NCBI GenBank assembly: GCA_023254095.1
Contig: JALNLM010000005.1
Location: forward strand, 1-37,560
DNA: 37,560 bases
Reading direction: 5' to 3'
Source of the DNA: Candidatus Geocrenenecus huangii
Lineage (GTDB): Archaea; Thermoproteota; Nitrososphaeria_A; Caldarchaeales; Wolframiiraptoraceae
The position numbers and the translations under genes were made by a program. The first letter of the stretch is position 1, and every line of letters begins with the position of its first letter. Under the pieces are notes generated by a model that searched no databases, was not told the origin of the DNA, and was given only the letters and a program-made list of their open reading frames with translations. Below are positions 1 to 9,871 of this stretch, in pieces.

Positions 1-534
1 TTATTGGGTGGACGACGTTTCATTTATAATCATTCAAAAGACTATTACAGTGTAGACATATTTTTCGATAAACTAGAATATAGTCACACAATATATTTCG
101 GCGAAAAGCCTAATACTGCTAAAAGTAGGCTGGAACTAGATTTCCCAACTATCACACTAACCGATCTAGTTCTAGAGAAGTTGCAAATACATGACATAGC
201 TATGAAGGATATCATCGACCTTATAATTTTGTTTACATCGCATGAAGTATCTGAAGATGAGGAGAAAGAAAAAATAAATGGAAAATATGTCGCAACTATT
301 CTCGCCGATGACTGGGGTTTTTGGTATGATGCGACAAACAATCTTAAACTAGTTGAAGAGTATGCGGCAAGGTTAATTAATGAAAAGACGATCACGAAGT
401 CTCAGACTTTCTTAATGAATAATATTGAGAGAATGAAATTACTAATAGATAATCAACCAAAGACGAAAAATTGGGAGAAGAGAGCCCGCATAGGGACGTC
501 GAAGGAATGGTACAGAAAGGTCGAAACTCTATAA
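1..534 (+). CDS. 5'-truncated conserved hypothetical protein, probable nucleotidyltransferase-fold family
   Basis: Frame is open from base 1 (TTA TTG GGT GGA...). Motifs VDIFFDKL, LVLEKLQI, KDIIDL and DWGFWY resemble an uncharacterised nucleotidyltransferase-like family of archaea and Chloroflexi (recognised from memory). Confidence 0.6.
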   Translation, partial: LLGGRRFIYNHSKDYYSVDIFFDKLEYSHTIYFGEKPNTAKSRLELDFPTITLTDLVLEKLQIHDIAMKDIIDLIILFTSHEVSEDEEKEKINGKYVATILADDWGFWYDATNNLKLVEEYAARLINEKTITKSQTFLMNNIERMKLLIDNQPKTKNWEKRARIGTSKEWYRKVETL

Positions 535-771
535 CAAACTTCAGATAAACGAGCCTAGTCTCTCCTATAACTCTAAGTATCCTCTTGGTCTACTATCTTT
601 CCTTTTCTCTCCATATAGTAAGGTTTCTCTAAGAAGTAGATATATCGGACCTCAGACTTAATTTATGCAGAAATGCTCTGGTAAATCAGATCTATTATGA
701 AAAATTCGGTTAAAGGTTGTTGATTCTTTTATGGATGGTAGGTCCTTAAAGATTTAGCGGTCGATCATCGG

Positions 772-1611
772 TTAGATCGCTTTAAGTATTCTGTATAATC
801 CGAATCCTGCTGTTCTGTTTACTCCGACTTGTACTTCTTCTCCCATCTTCAATAATGCGTGAACTATTCTAGCATACTTTTCGTTAAATGTATCATTCGG
901 GAGGCTCAACCTAATTCTCCCAGTAAACCCTACGATGAACGCATTCCTTTTTTTATGCATCAATCTATGCGTCTTTATATCTTGTATCGCTGAGAGAGCT
1001 ATACCGCCTTCTTCAAGCCATCTACTAAATCTTCTAGAGTGTATTGTTACACCGCCATGCTCTCTCCAAATTCTAGCGAGATTCCTAAACATCAGTATAG
1101 GGTCTGGAAGTGGATAGTATCTGTAAGTAGACTTAATTCTGCCGAAGAATCTCAGCATATGTGATAATGGACCGAGAGTATAGAGTGGGATGTATGGGCA
1201 GGGCCTCCTAAAACATGTTGGGCTGAGGAACTCTAACTCATACTTTTTACAGGGGCTGGACTCGGATAAGAGTTCCTTTAAGTCTATGGATTTGTACGTG
1301 ACTTCATTTAGATAGAACTTGGAGTTGAGCAGCTCAACTTCATCAAACTTCTTAAAGAAGTCTAGTAGAGCAGTAGATATCCTGTTGTCGAGTAGGGTAA
1401 ACCTGAAGTAGTAGATGTTTCTCTCAAGCTTGAACAATGGTGAGGCTGAGAAAGGTGCCAGCCCTCTATAGTCGTGAACTCTAAAAGCGAGTACTGGATT
1501 ACAAGATTTCAAGATCTTGTAGAATAATCCTCTAACATGGAAGCCGGAGGAAAATACAGGGTAATGCTCTAGCTCTGAATAAGCGATCACGCCTACAACT
1601 TCAATACTCAA
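772..1611 (-). CDS. cas6: CRISPR-associated endoribonuclease Cas6 (solitary)
   Basis: RAMP/Cas6 motifs: GFHVRGLFY, PFSASPL, FLSPTCFR, PLPDP, GFTGR and a C-terminal Gly-rich loop VGVNRTAGFG. TTG start. Confidence 0.88.
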   Translation of the reverse strand: MSIEVVGVIAYSELEHYPVFSSGFHVRGLFYKILKSCNPVLAFRVHDYRGLAPFSASPLFKLERNIYYFRFTLLDNRISTALLDFFKKFDEVELLNSKFYLNEVTYKSIDLKELLSESSPCKKYELEFLSPTCFRRPCPYIPLYTLGPLSHMLRFFGRIKSTYRYYPLPDPILMFRNLARIWREHGGVTIHSRRFSRWLEEGGIALSAIQDIKTHRLMHKKRNAFIVGFTGRIRLSLPNDTFNEKYARIVHALLKMGEEVQVGVNRTAGFGLYRILKAI

Positions 1612-1931
1612 TCCCTATAACACTAAGAAGTAATTGATGGACCTTTAAGATAAATCTGACATCTTGAGGTCTTTAAAAACATCAAAGATCCAATAGATAG
1701 CTCTCCAATGATACAGCTCTAAAAACTTTAGGCCTCCCACCCTCGATCCTTTTAATCTAACCAAAATACCATAGAGCTCTTTAGTAGTAGACGCGTGTCT
1801 CGCGATGATGCGAATTCATGTTAAAGATGAATCAGCCATGCTTGATAAGAGGCCATAAAACTAAGATAGGCAGGATCCTAGGTAAACAGATTAGAGAAAA
1901 ACTTATACCAATAGTTAGTGATGGATTTAAC

Positions 1932-2567
1932 ATGCAGATCGAGATTGTAACATTCGACCTATATGGCACGCTCGTTGACTGGAAGTACAGTATATCTAGA
2001 GCATTAAACTATATCCATGAAAATTTGGACGATAGATTCTTTGAGATTGAATACGATACTGTTACCAATTTGGGGAAATATATTCCATACTCTAGGATAT
2101 TGGTTAAAGTCTTGGAGAGGGCACTGAGAGAGTGCAAGATAGATTTTAGAGAAGAATATGGGAGGCTATTATTGACGTCTTTTGCTAAGTCCCCCTTCTT
2201 CCCCGATGCATTGATAGGTCTTATACTCTTGAAGAAGCATGGATACAAGACTGGAATAATCTCTAATACGGATAGAGACTTGGTAGAGATAACGCTTGCA
2301 GGAGTAAGAGACTTCTTCGATTATGTTGTGACAGCTCAGGATGCAGGCTACTATAAACCAGATAAACATGCATTCATAACTGCTTACGAGATAATGAAGA
2401 CCAACTATGAGCAAGTTCTACATGTATCCTCGTATCCTCAATATGACCTAGAGCCTGCAGACCAGCTAGGAGTAAAAACGGTATGCATAGATAGATACGG
2501 ATATAGCTGGAAAGAGGAGATACAATCAATAGACAGGTTGTTAGAGGTAATTCGAAGACAATGGTAG
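1932..2567 (+). CDS. HAD-superfamily hydrolase, 2-haloacid dehalogenase (type II)-like
   Basis: Motifs TFDLYGTLVDW, ISN, YKPD and LHVSS..YDLEPA. The ATG at 1932 places motif I at the N-terminus, so the ORF-track extension to 1818 is unlikely. Confidence 0.88.
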   Translation: MQIEIVTFDLYGTLVDWKYSISRALNYIHENLDDRFFEIEYDTVTNLGKYIPYSRILVKVLERALRECKIDFREEYGRLLLTSFAKSPFFPDALIGLILLKKHGYKTGIISNTDRDLVEITLAGVRDFFDYVVTAQDAGYYKPDKHAFITAYEIMKTNYEQVLHVSSYPQYDLEPADQLGVKTVCIDRYGYSWKEEIQSIDRLLEVIRRQW

Positions 2568-2642
2568 ACACATTTTAGAGTATGCTGCTACGAGCAACAA
2601 CTCATACCTGCTCTATTTTTCAGTATTATGCTTGCCGTATGG

Positions 2643-3056
2643 TTAGGATGGGAAGATAGGTTTAACCCATTCTATCTTCTCGAAGTCTTTATCGTTGGTG
2701 TATATTTCCTGGATTTTCGCTCGCTTCATCTGGCAGGAAAGAACGACGTCATCCCACACACCATAGTCTAAGTTAAGCCTGCTAATCTCTGCAAAAGCCT
2801 CTATGAAATCCTGCAACTTTGTCTCCAGAACAAGTATTCCAACTTCATAGAGATAGTCAATGAAGGACTTCACCACTTCACCCTTTCCACGTCTAGATAG
2901 GTGTGCTGCAACCTGGCTTATCACTAAGGTTGAGGTAACTCCCTGCTCTTCCCCTCTTTCCATCCTCTCTAATATCTCTAAGCATGCGACGCCGTACATC
3001 GGGTCTTTTAACAGAACGTAGATGAAGATGTTTGAATCTACGAATCTACGCTTCAT
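2643..3056 (-). CDS. vapC: PIN-domain toxin (VapC family)
   Basis: PIN motifs FVDSNIFIY, WDD and IYTNDKDF. The start at 3056 overlaps the antitoxin 3' end. Confidence 0.88.
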   Translation of the reverse strand: MKRRFVDSNIFIYVLLKDPMYGVACLEILERMERGEEQGVTSTLVISQVAAHLSRRGKGEVVKSFIDYLYEVGILVLETKLQDFIEAFAEISRLNLDYGVWDDVVLSCQMKRAKIQEIYTNDKDFEKIEWVKPIFPS

Positions 3057-3270
3057 TTGAAAGAGCATTTTCGATCTCCTCCAAGCTCACCTCCTCTTCT
3101 CCAGCGAGTCCGAAGAGAGTTCGTGCAGTAAGCCTTCTTAGAGGAGTTAGAATAATTCTTCCACCTTCTATCTGTATGGAAAGCTCGGAGCCTTCTTTAA
3201 TTCCCAGAGCCTTTCTTATTTCAGATGGGATGACTATTCTACCCCTTTTCTCCACAGTGACTTTACCCAT
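3046..3270 (-). CDS. vapB: AbrB/MazE/SpoVT-family antitoxin (VapB)
   Basis: AbrB signature VEKRGRIVIPSEIRKALGIKEG, an acidic C-terminal tail, and position directly upstream of the PIN gene. Confidence 0.9.
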   Translation of the reverse strand: MGKVTVEKRGRIVIPSEIRKALGIKEGSELSIQIEGGRIILTPLRRLTARTLFGLAGEEEVSLEEIENALSNEA

Positions 3271-3685
3271 ATCTCATAACCCACAATGGAATAAAAATAA
3301 ACCCATATTTTAGTCTTTCTCGCTATAACTCATTCTAAGCACCTATATCCCCTGTTTATCATAATCCTTGAATCCTTAAAATAATTATACAACTATATTC
3401 TTTCCGAATAAAATGTAATATTCTTTAATCTCTTACATCATTCTCGAGACATATAAGCGGATTTTCTCAACTCATCTTTATTAATTCTTACAGTAGCTGA
3501 GCAGCATAATTGGAAGATTCTACATGCATGAACAGTGTTTGCGCGGAGTAACTTAATTGAATTAATTATTGAGGGAAATTTTTAAGATTTTAAAATAAAG
3601 GAAGATTGCAGGCTCTTAAAGTTTCAATGAATATTTAAAAATGGCATCATTAATACTAACATATGACCTCAAATAACTCTGGTTT

Positions 3686-4404
3686 TTGAGATTTTCAAAT
3701 ATTGTAATTTACGCTCTCATGATTGTCATGAACGGGCTTGCTGGTGGAACTACGATTATCGGCGGTGAAACAACCGCTCAAATTTCTGACGCGAATCCAA
3801 CATTGATAACTCCGGCTAGATACACCTTCTCCATATTGGGGCCATCTATATTTTACTCGGAGTATTCGTAATTTATCAAGCATTACCAAAGCAGCGATCA
3901 AGAGAATATAGAAACAGGATAGGCTACCTAACCATAGTTAGTAATCTACTAGATGTTCTCTGGATCTTATTATGGCAGTTTCAGTATCTTGTTTTCTCCG
4001 TTATAGTCATCTTTCTGCTACTAACTACTTTAATCCTAATCTACCTTTGATTAGAGGTCGGAAAGTCTCATGTACCGATACGTGAAAGAATTGCTTTTTA
4101 TGTTCCTTTTAATATTTATCTAGGCTGGGTCACCATTGCCTCCTTAGCGAACGTGGCTTCAGCGCTGGTTTCGGTTGGCTGGAATGGCTTTGGGGTAGGC
4201 TCGGAATTCTGGGTCACGATAACATTAGTGGTTGCCCTGCTAGCTGCATTACTGGTTATGATGACGGGAAGAGACATTGCTTATGGACTTGTAGCGATAT
4301 GGGCTTTAACGGGAATAGCCATCAATCAAGGCGCAAACCAATCTATCGTAACCGTCACGATAATAAACATCATCATACTCATTTTGAGATTAAGACATCT
4401 ATGA
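3686..4404 (+). pseudogene. Disrupted tryptophan-rich sensory (TspO/MBR-like) membrane protein
   Basis: The N-terminal part (ISDANPTLITPARYTFSI) continues in another frame from about 3838 (GAIYILLGVFVIYQALP...LWILLWQF). It then hits an in-frame TGA at 4048-4050 and resumes in the same frame (PFNIYLGWVTIASLANVAS...DIAYGLVAIWALTGI). One frameshift plus one nonsense codon. Confidence 0.8.
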
Positions 4405-4468
4405 GTCCATATTCATTCTGGAGAAACTGCTTCTGCTAAAATAGGCTTCTAAAATCACTTTTGAATAT

Positions 4469-5068
4469 TTAGATTAGCTTCTTTATTTTTTGAGTCCAGC
4501 TCTTGTGTTCTAAGAGTTTATGTTTATTCTCGATTGCTTGGAGTACAGCTTTTACAAATCTCCAGAACTCTTTAGGTGTAAACCGCATTTCATCTACTCC
4601 ATCTTTATGAAATAACTGAACGTCTACATATCTATACACTTGTTTTGTAATGGATCTTGAGGGTGCATACCCGTACATTCCATATCCTACGACTGGACCA
4701 CCTTCTGCTTCAAGGTCTACATAGGTCTCGGTCGAGAACTTCATATCGTCTATCTCATCCCATTTAACTATCTTCTCACTTAGTAGGAGCCCATCCTCCC
4801 GCACTTCAACCCTCGACGCCTCCCTATACTTGAGGGAAGATATCGTGAAAACCGTTAGAGAGCCGATCAACATGATGACGATACTCAGCAGTGCATTCTT
4901 AGTTCCTTCCTCAGGGTAGCCGAATATGAAAGCGGATCCCAGCATAAATGCAAGCATCCCGAGAATGATTGATGGCACTAAAGCCGAGACCATTACAATA
5001 TACAATATCATTGTTTTACGAGTTCTTAGACACTCGCTTTCCTGGAAAAAGATCCTAACCATTATCAT
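4469..5068 (-). CDS. Hypothetical membrane protein: two TM helices plus a soluble, possibly PH-like domain
   Basis: Two hydrophobic segments followed by VEVREDGLLL...IVKWDEIDDMKF, a pattern seen in bacterial PH-like domains. Start uncertain. Confidence 0.6.
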   Translation of the reverse strand: MIMVRIFFQESECLRTRKTMILYIVMVSALVPSIILGMLAFMLGSAFIFGYPEEGTKNALLSIVIMLIGSLTVFTISSLKYREASRVEVREDGLLLSEKIVKWDEIDDMKFSTETYVDLEAEGGPVVGYGMYGYAPSRSITKQVYRYVDVQLFHKDGVDEMRFTPKEFWRFVKAVLQAIENKHKLLEHKSWTQKIKKLI

Positions 5069-5299
5069 AGTCTACAATACCATACATAAAGATAAGTTTT
5101 AAATGAATCCATCCTCGGAGAACATTTTGAAAACATCTATTGTAGCTACAACATTCGATCATACAAATAAAGAAGCTTTAAGAACGTTTTATGGAAGCAT
5201 CACTTAGTTAGGATAATATAGATGAAGAACTAACTATTGAGCTGTAAAGATCTCCTGAAGAACCTATAGATAAAAAAGAAATCATCAGAATGTATAGGG

Positions 5300-6164
5300 T
5301 TAAGGGAGAATTTTTGTAGTTCTCAGAGATGTAAAGGAGAGTGATAATGCATTTGTTGGGCAGACTTCGATACACTCAAAACACTTAATGCAGTCTGTGT
5401 CCCTGATACTGTCTTCCCCCATCTTAATGTATTTAGATGTTATTGGTATAGATGTTCTGCAGACTTCATCACATCTCCCACAGAATGTGCATAGTTTATC
5501 AGTTATCTTTAGTTTTAAGAGTGAAAGCTTGTTGAATGTTCCGTAAAGTATTCCAGTTATGCATATCCGTCTACACCAAAATCTTGGATAAACCGTAGAT
5601 ATAATAATGTCTAGAATGAACGCCAAGAGTATTACTATTATTGCATATTCTATCTTAGCAGGGAAAGCGGTAGTTGGAGAGAATATTTGACTGAGCGAGT
5701 TTATGATTACCGAGAACATGGTGATAACGTTTAGGTAGTTTATGTAAATTGGAATGTATGCAAAGATGCTCACTCCAAAGATTACGACAAACATTGGTAT
5801 ATAGAATTTTAGAGAAAAGTATAGATTCTACTGTGGCTTGAACTTCTAGATCTTCTTAGGTTCCTAAAGTATGAGTAGAAGATATCCAGTGGGCATATCC
5901 ATCCACAGAAACTCTACCTAGAACAAGATACAGGACTAGGGTGGTTAGAAAAGCTATTGTTGGAAAAGCGATTGGCTGTTTGTAGGCTAGGAGTTTCTCG
6001 ATAGCTGCTGTAGGATCCACGAACCCTATTATGTTTAATACCTTTGATGATACTAGTGATCCAACTATTATTGGGATATTATATATGATGAGTTGATGCT
6101 GCATCATGAATAGCAAGACTGTTGCGACTTGTAGTAATCTTCGCAGGAGATTGAAAGGTTTCAC
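5300..6164 (-). pseudogene. NapH/MauN-like membrane 4Fe-4S protein, split by two frameshifts
   Basis: The 5' part ends LVLGRV. Shifting frame at the homopolymer near 5909-5911 restores FCGWICPLD. A second shift at about 5810-5830 joins the part carrying RFWCRRIC, CTFCGRCDEVC and CIKCFECIEVCP. The GTG start overlaps the torD-like stop (GTGA). Confidence 0.8.
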
Positions 6165-6910
6165 TTCTTTACTTCTTCCTCAATGAATTCTTCGATCTCC
6201 ATTACTAATTCGTAATCTTCTTTTACGTAGTTGTCTGTTAAGCTCGCTAAAATTCTGTAAAAACGCTGAACACTCTCATTTTCTATCTTCCAGCATACGT
6301 TGGGTAGCCATGTTAAGAGATGATTCTCCAGGAATCTTCTCTGTCTAGTTAGCAAACGTTTTACTTCTCTGAGATCCCCATTCCTCAGAGCTTCAAGAGA
6401 CATTGTACACATCACTACCATGTATTCCAGTTCTATTCCGATATGGTCTTCTAAGACACTATTATCTTGAAGTATCATTCCATCATCAAGCATCCAATCT
6501 CTAACTTCAAGCCACATTTTGCCTTTGAGAGTTTCTTCACCTCTATTCACAGATTCATAAGGAGTTACTAGTGGTACCGGAGTACCTATGAAGAGTCTTA
6601 CATATTCAGCCCAGACCTCTGTTAGGCAATCTTTGTCTCTACTTAACTTCTCTGCTTCTTTTAAGAATTCAGCGATGAGTTCACGGATATTCTTCTCTGG
6701 ATAATTTTGAGATAAAGTTCTTAGGACTTCATTATTGAGAATGTCGTGTAGGAATTTTTCAGAAGGTTCTTCAAGAAAAAGGGTCTTAAATAGGTGGTAT
6801 ATAGTTATTCTCATTTTTAGTAATGCATTTATCGTCTCTGATGTTATTACTCCGTGAGATGGAAGATCTATCTGCCCATCATTATTCATAGCTTTATTCA
6901 ACTCATACAA
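6161..6910 (-). CDS. TorD/DmsD-family redox enzyme maturation chaperone
   Basis: Motifs EYVRLFIG, PYESV, EDHIGIELEYM and FLENHLLTW. Lies directly downstream of the molybdoenzyme gene. Confidence 0.93.
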   Translation of the reverse strand: MYELNKAMNNDGQIDLPSHGVITSETINALLKMRITIYHLFKTLFLEEPSEKFLHDILNNEVLRTLSQNYPEKNIRELIAEFLKEAEKLSRDKDCLTEVWAEYVRLFIGTPVPLVTPYESVNRGEETLKGKMWLEVRDWMLDDGMILQDNSVLEDHIGIELEYMVVMCTMSLEALRNGDLREVKRLLTRQRRFLENHLLTWLPNVCWKIENESVQRFYRILASLTDNYVKEDYELVMEIEEFIEEEVKK

Positions 6911-6943
6911 GTCATAAACATAAAAAATATAGGGAGATCTGGT

Positions 6944-9865
6944 CTATATTATCTTCCACTCTCTTCTATAGTATTCTGCTATAATCCCTTGCGCCTCTTC
7001 TAGGGTTGCTTTTCTCACTTTCACTATCATATCTGCGAAGACTGGTTGACCCATGATCGGCGACATGATGTAGTCTACTAATTCTGAATGATTTGGCGTA
7101 TAATTTCTATGGACATATGTCCCTCCAAGCCCAGGTGAGAATCTTCCTCCAGTTGCAAACCCGATCCTTATTACTCCAGGTCTAACAGTCTCGCATACGT
7201 AGGCTTTTGATAAGACTTTTCTTCCAAGCGGGTTTTCTATGATTATTAGGTCGCCCATCTCTATTCCTAATCTCTCTGCATCGGCAGAATTTATCTGGAC
7301 TGTTCCTATGCACCACAGGTCTTTTGGTATAGTTTTCTCTACGTGAATTATCTCCATTCCTCCTGGAGATGTTTCAGCCATCTTTAGTGAGAAGCTTTCA
7401 TTCATCGGCACCCATAATCCTTCAGCGGGTGTTTGTGCCAGCCACTCACACATATGAGTCCCGCTCATCGCATGATGTACCCTCGCAGAGATCAATTGGA
7501 ATGGATATTCATCTCTATACTTAACGTACTCTGGATTCGTATAGTAGTTCCAAACAGTCTCAAACCAGTAGAATGAGGTAGGCAATTCTTTCCATCCTAG
7601 TTTTCTCCAACTTGGTGGGACTACTCCGCTTTCTATTACAAGCTTGTTTATCCCTTCATACGTATAGAAGTGTAGCTCGAGCTTCTTCGTTTTCGTCTTA
7701 ATAATTCCGCCCGGCTTCCAGTCTTGCTTCTCTTCATCCCATTCTCTGTACCTATACCAGCTCATAGGCCAGAATGCTCCACCATAATGTTTTCTCAGAT
7801 ACTCAACTGTTACATACTCGCCTGTTACAGTCTTCTTTTCATCGTCTATCTTTACCCGTCCTTCTTCGAGTGATTCAGGTGTACCGATAAGCGTGTATCC
7901 CTCCGGTAGGGTAGGATAGGGTAGGGGTCTACCAACGTTAGGTCTGCCTGGAGCGACTCGGAGCATCTCATTTACGAAGTCTTCTTCCGTCTTGTATTTC
8001 TCCCAGAATTCTTCTGGCGGTATATCGCTCCTTCCAATTTCTTTCATTTCATATTCGTAGATCTTCTTAGCAAGCATGTTCATAATGTCGGTAGGCTTCT
8101 TACTCTCGAATAGTGGTTCTATTACTGGGTCTCGTAGGAACATTATCGGATGGGTTGGATATATGTCTGAGAGGCTCATCCTCTCCAGGTAGCTTGCTTC
8201 AGGTAGAATGTAGTCTGCATATAACCCGGATTCTAGTAGGATCGTATCAATGTAGACGTATAGTTCAAGTTTGTATTCTCCATCGGGTTTCTTTGCCGTG
8301 AATGCTTCAATAAACCTATATACTGGTCCAGCCGTTATCAACGTATTACCAGTTCTCAGAATATACGCAGCCAGTGGGTACTTGTGCCCTTTGAACGGCC
8401 CATACTTTAACTCTATTCCCTCTATGATCATTCTCGGCAGGTCCCCTACTACATCATCCCATGCAGCGGGCCAGTCCGCATATCTAGCATAGTGGAGTTT
8501 CTCTTGCTCTGCCTCCACCTCGACACCGTTTATAATCCTCTTTACTTTCCTTGTGTTGAACCATCTTCCCGTCGCTGTCCCTCCTTTACTCGATTTAACT
8601 ATCTCTGTATCTATTACTCCTCCGCGTGCCTCGAAGTTCCCCGTAATTATGTTTAATACACATCCGAGAATTGATGCTACATACCCATTGTAGTGATGAC
8701 CTGGCGATTGCATACCCCATATGACTGCGGCCGGCTTAGTTATACCGAAAGCATGTGCTAGGTACTCGATCTTCTCTTTCGGAAGACCTGTTCTCGCTTC
8801 AGCCCACTCCAAGGTAAAGTACTTAAAACCATTTACAGGATCTACTTTATCCCACCAACTCTTGAAGTTCTCTAAGAATTCTTCCCATCCCTCAACATAT
8901 TTAAGTACACTATAATCGATGTAGTTTCTTGTAGGATCGGTTGGATTATTATGTTCAAGGATGTATCTGAGTATAGCAGCAAACAACTCGCCATCCGTCC
9001 CTGGTCTAATCGAGAACCATTCATCGGCTAGCGCTGCCGTATTGCTGAAGCCTGGATCTACAACGAATACTTTACATCCATTTTCTCTCTTTGCTCTAAC
9101 GGTTCCAGCATTCTCCCAAACGATTCTAGTAGCTGTGAATGGATTCCAGCCAACGTATATTATTAGTTTCGCATCGTGTTGATCATACCATTTAAGACTG
9201 CCGTCAGGCATTCTTATAGGTACAGGTCTCAGAATGTCTGGCTCCCATCTCTTCCCGTTTACTATGAGCTTCGGTCCATGTCTCCTGGGAGTATCACATA
9301 TCGCTCCATGCTCTACAGCGTTTGGTGAGCCGAAAGCAAAAGTCAGCCTCCAGTACTGGTCTCTATCTGTTACATCTCCAGTATCGGTTAATAATGCCTC
9401 CGGACCATATTTCTTCTTAATCTCAACGAGTTTCCGAGCTATCTCATCTATCGCCTGCTCCCAAGAGACCCTAACGAATTTTCCTTCACCACGTTCACCT
9501 ACTCTCTTCAATGGATACTTTATTCTATATGGACTATAGACTAGCTGTAATCCAGATATGGCTTTAGCGCAGGCTGCACCTCTACTATTGTAGGTTAAAT
9601 GAGGGTTACCGTAGACTCTTACCACTCTACCATCTTTGACCCATATTTCAAGAGCGCACTCAGCTGCACACATTACACATGACGTATATTTCACTTGTAC
9701 ATCTCTCTTCTTTATTTTCTGCTTGACCGCTCTAATGTTCTCAGCCGGTACTTGAGCTAGATACATTTTCTCATAGATTGCTGGTCCTAGGGTTACACCA
9801 GCAATTACGCCTAGAGATGCCAGAGATCCTAACTTTATAAACTCTCTTCTACTTAACTTACTCAT
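6944..9865 (-). CDS. Tat-exported DMSO-reductase-family (Mo/W-bisPGD) catalytic subunit with a probable Cys ligand; substrate unknown (Psr/Phs/Ttr/Srd/Arr-like group)
   Basis: Tat motif SRREFIK; FS0 cluster CVMCAAEC...CAK; RIKYPLKRVGERGEGKF..VSWEQA; FGSPN..HGAIC active-site loop; ADYILPEASYLER; C-terminal QINSADAERLGI cofactor-binding domain; GAGGTGA RBS. Confidence 0.93.
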   Translation of the reverse strand: MSKLSRREFIKLGSLASLGVIAGVTLGPAIYEKMYLAQVPAENIRAVKQKIKKRDVQVKYTSCVMCAAECALEIWVKDGRVVRVYGNPHLTYNSRGAACAKAISGLQLVYSPYRIKYPLKRVGERGEGKFVRVSWEQAIDEIARKLVEIKKKYGPEALLTDTGDVTDRDQYWRLTFAFGSPNAVEHGAICDTPRRHGPKLIVNGKRWEPDILRPVPIRMPDGSLKWYDQHDAKLIIYVGWNPFTATRIVWENAGTVRAKRENGCKVFVVDPGFSNTAALADEWFSIRPGTDGELFAAILRYILEHNNPTDPTRNYIDYSVLKYVEGWEEFLENFKSWWDKVDPVNGFKYFTLEWAEARTGLPKEKIEYLAHAFGITKPAAVIWGMQSPGHHYNGYVASILGCVLNIITGNFEARGGVIDTEIVKSSKGGTATGRWFNTRKVKRIINGVEVEAEQEKLHYARYADWPAAWDDVVGDLPRMIIEGIELKYGPFKGHKYPLAAYILRTGNTLITAGPVYRFIEAFTAKKPDGEYKLELYVYIDTILLESGLYADYILPEASYLERMSLSDIYPTHPIMFLRDPVIEPLFESKKPTDIMNMLAKKIYEYEMKEIGRSDIPPEEFWEKYKTEEDFVNEMLRVAPGRPNVGRPLPYPTLPEGYTLIGTPESLEEGRVKIDDEKKTVTGEYVTVEYLRKHYGGAFWPMSWYRYREWDEEKQDWKPGGIIKTKTKKLELHFYTYEGINKLVIESGVVPPSWRKLGWKELPTSFYWFETVWNYYTNPEYVKYRDEYPFQLISARVHHAMSGTHMCEWLAQTPAEGLWVPMNESFSLKMAETSPGGMEIIHVEKTIPKDLWCIGTVQINSADAERLGIEMGDLIIIENPLGRKVLSKAYVCETVRPGVIRIGFATGGRFSPGLGGTYVHRNYTPNHSELVDYIMSPIMGQPVFADMIVKVRKATLEEAQGIIAEYYRREWKII

Positions 9866-9871
9866 GTACTC

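Noticed and set aside
535-3685. CRISPR array or mini-array near cas6, for example GTTTCAAT at 3621 and CTTTA...CTTACA look-alikes near 3423 and 3476
   Set aside because: I found no 24-40 bp repeat recurring at regular spacing, only short AT-rich similarities.
4048-4050. In-frame TGA as selenocysteine or readthrough
   Set aside because: The context (YL*L) fits Arg CGA to TGA, it is not a Cys or redox position, and the gene also has a frameshift.
5140-5151. Perfect 12-bp palindrome TTGTAGCTACAA
   Set aside because: It is a single short palindrome with no second copy seen, and could plausibly arise by chance in a window of this size.
6944-9865. Naming the catalytic subunit arrA, arxA, ttrA or psrA
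   Set aside because: The diagnostic motifs I recall for those clades are missing or only partly matched, and phylogeny is needed.
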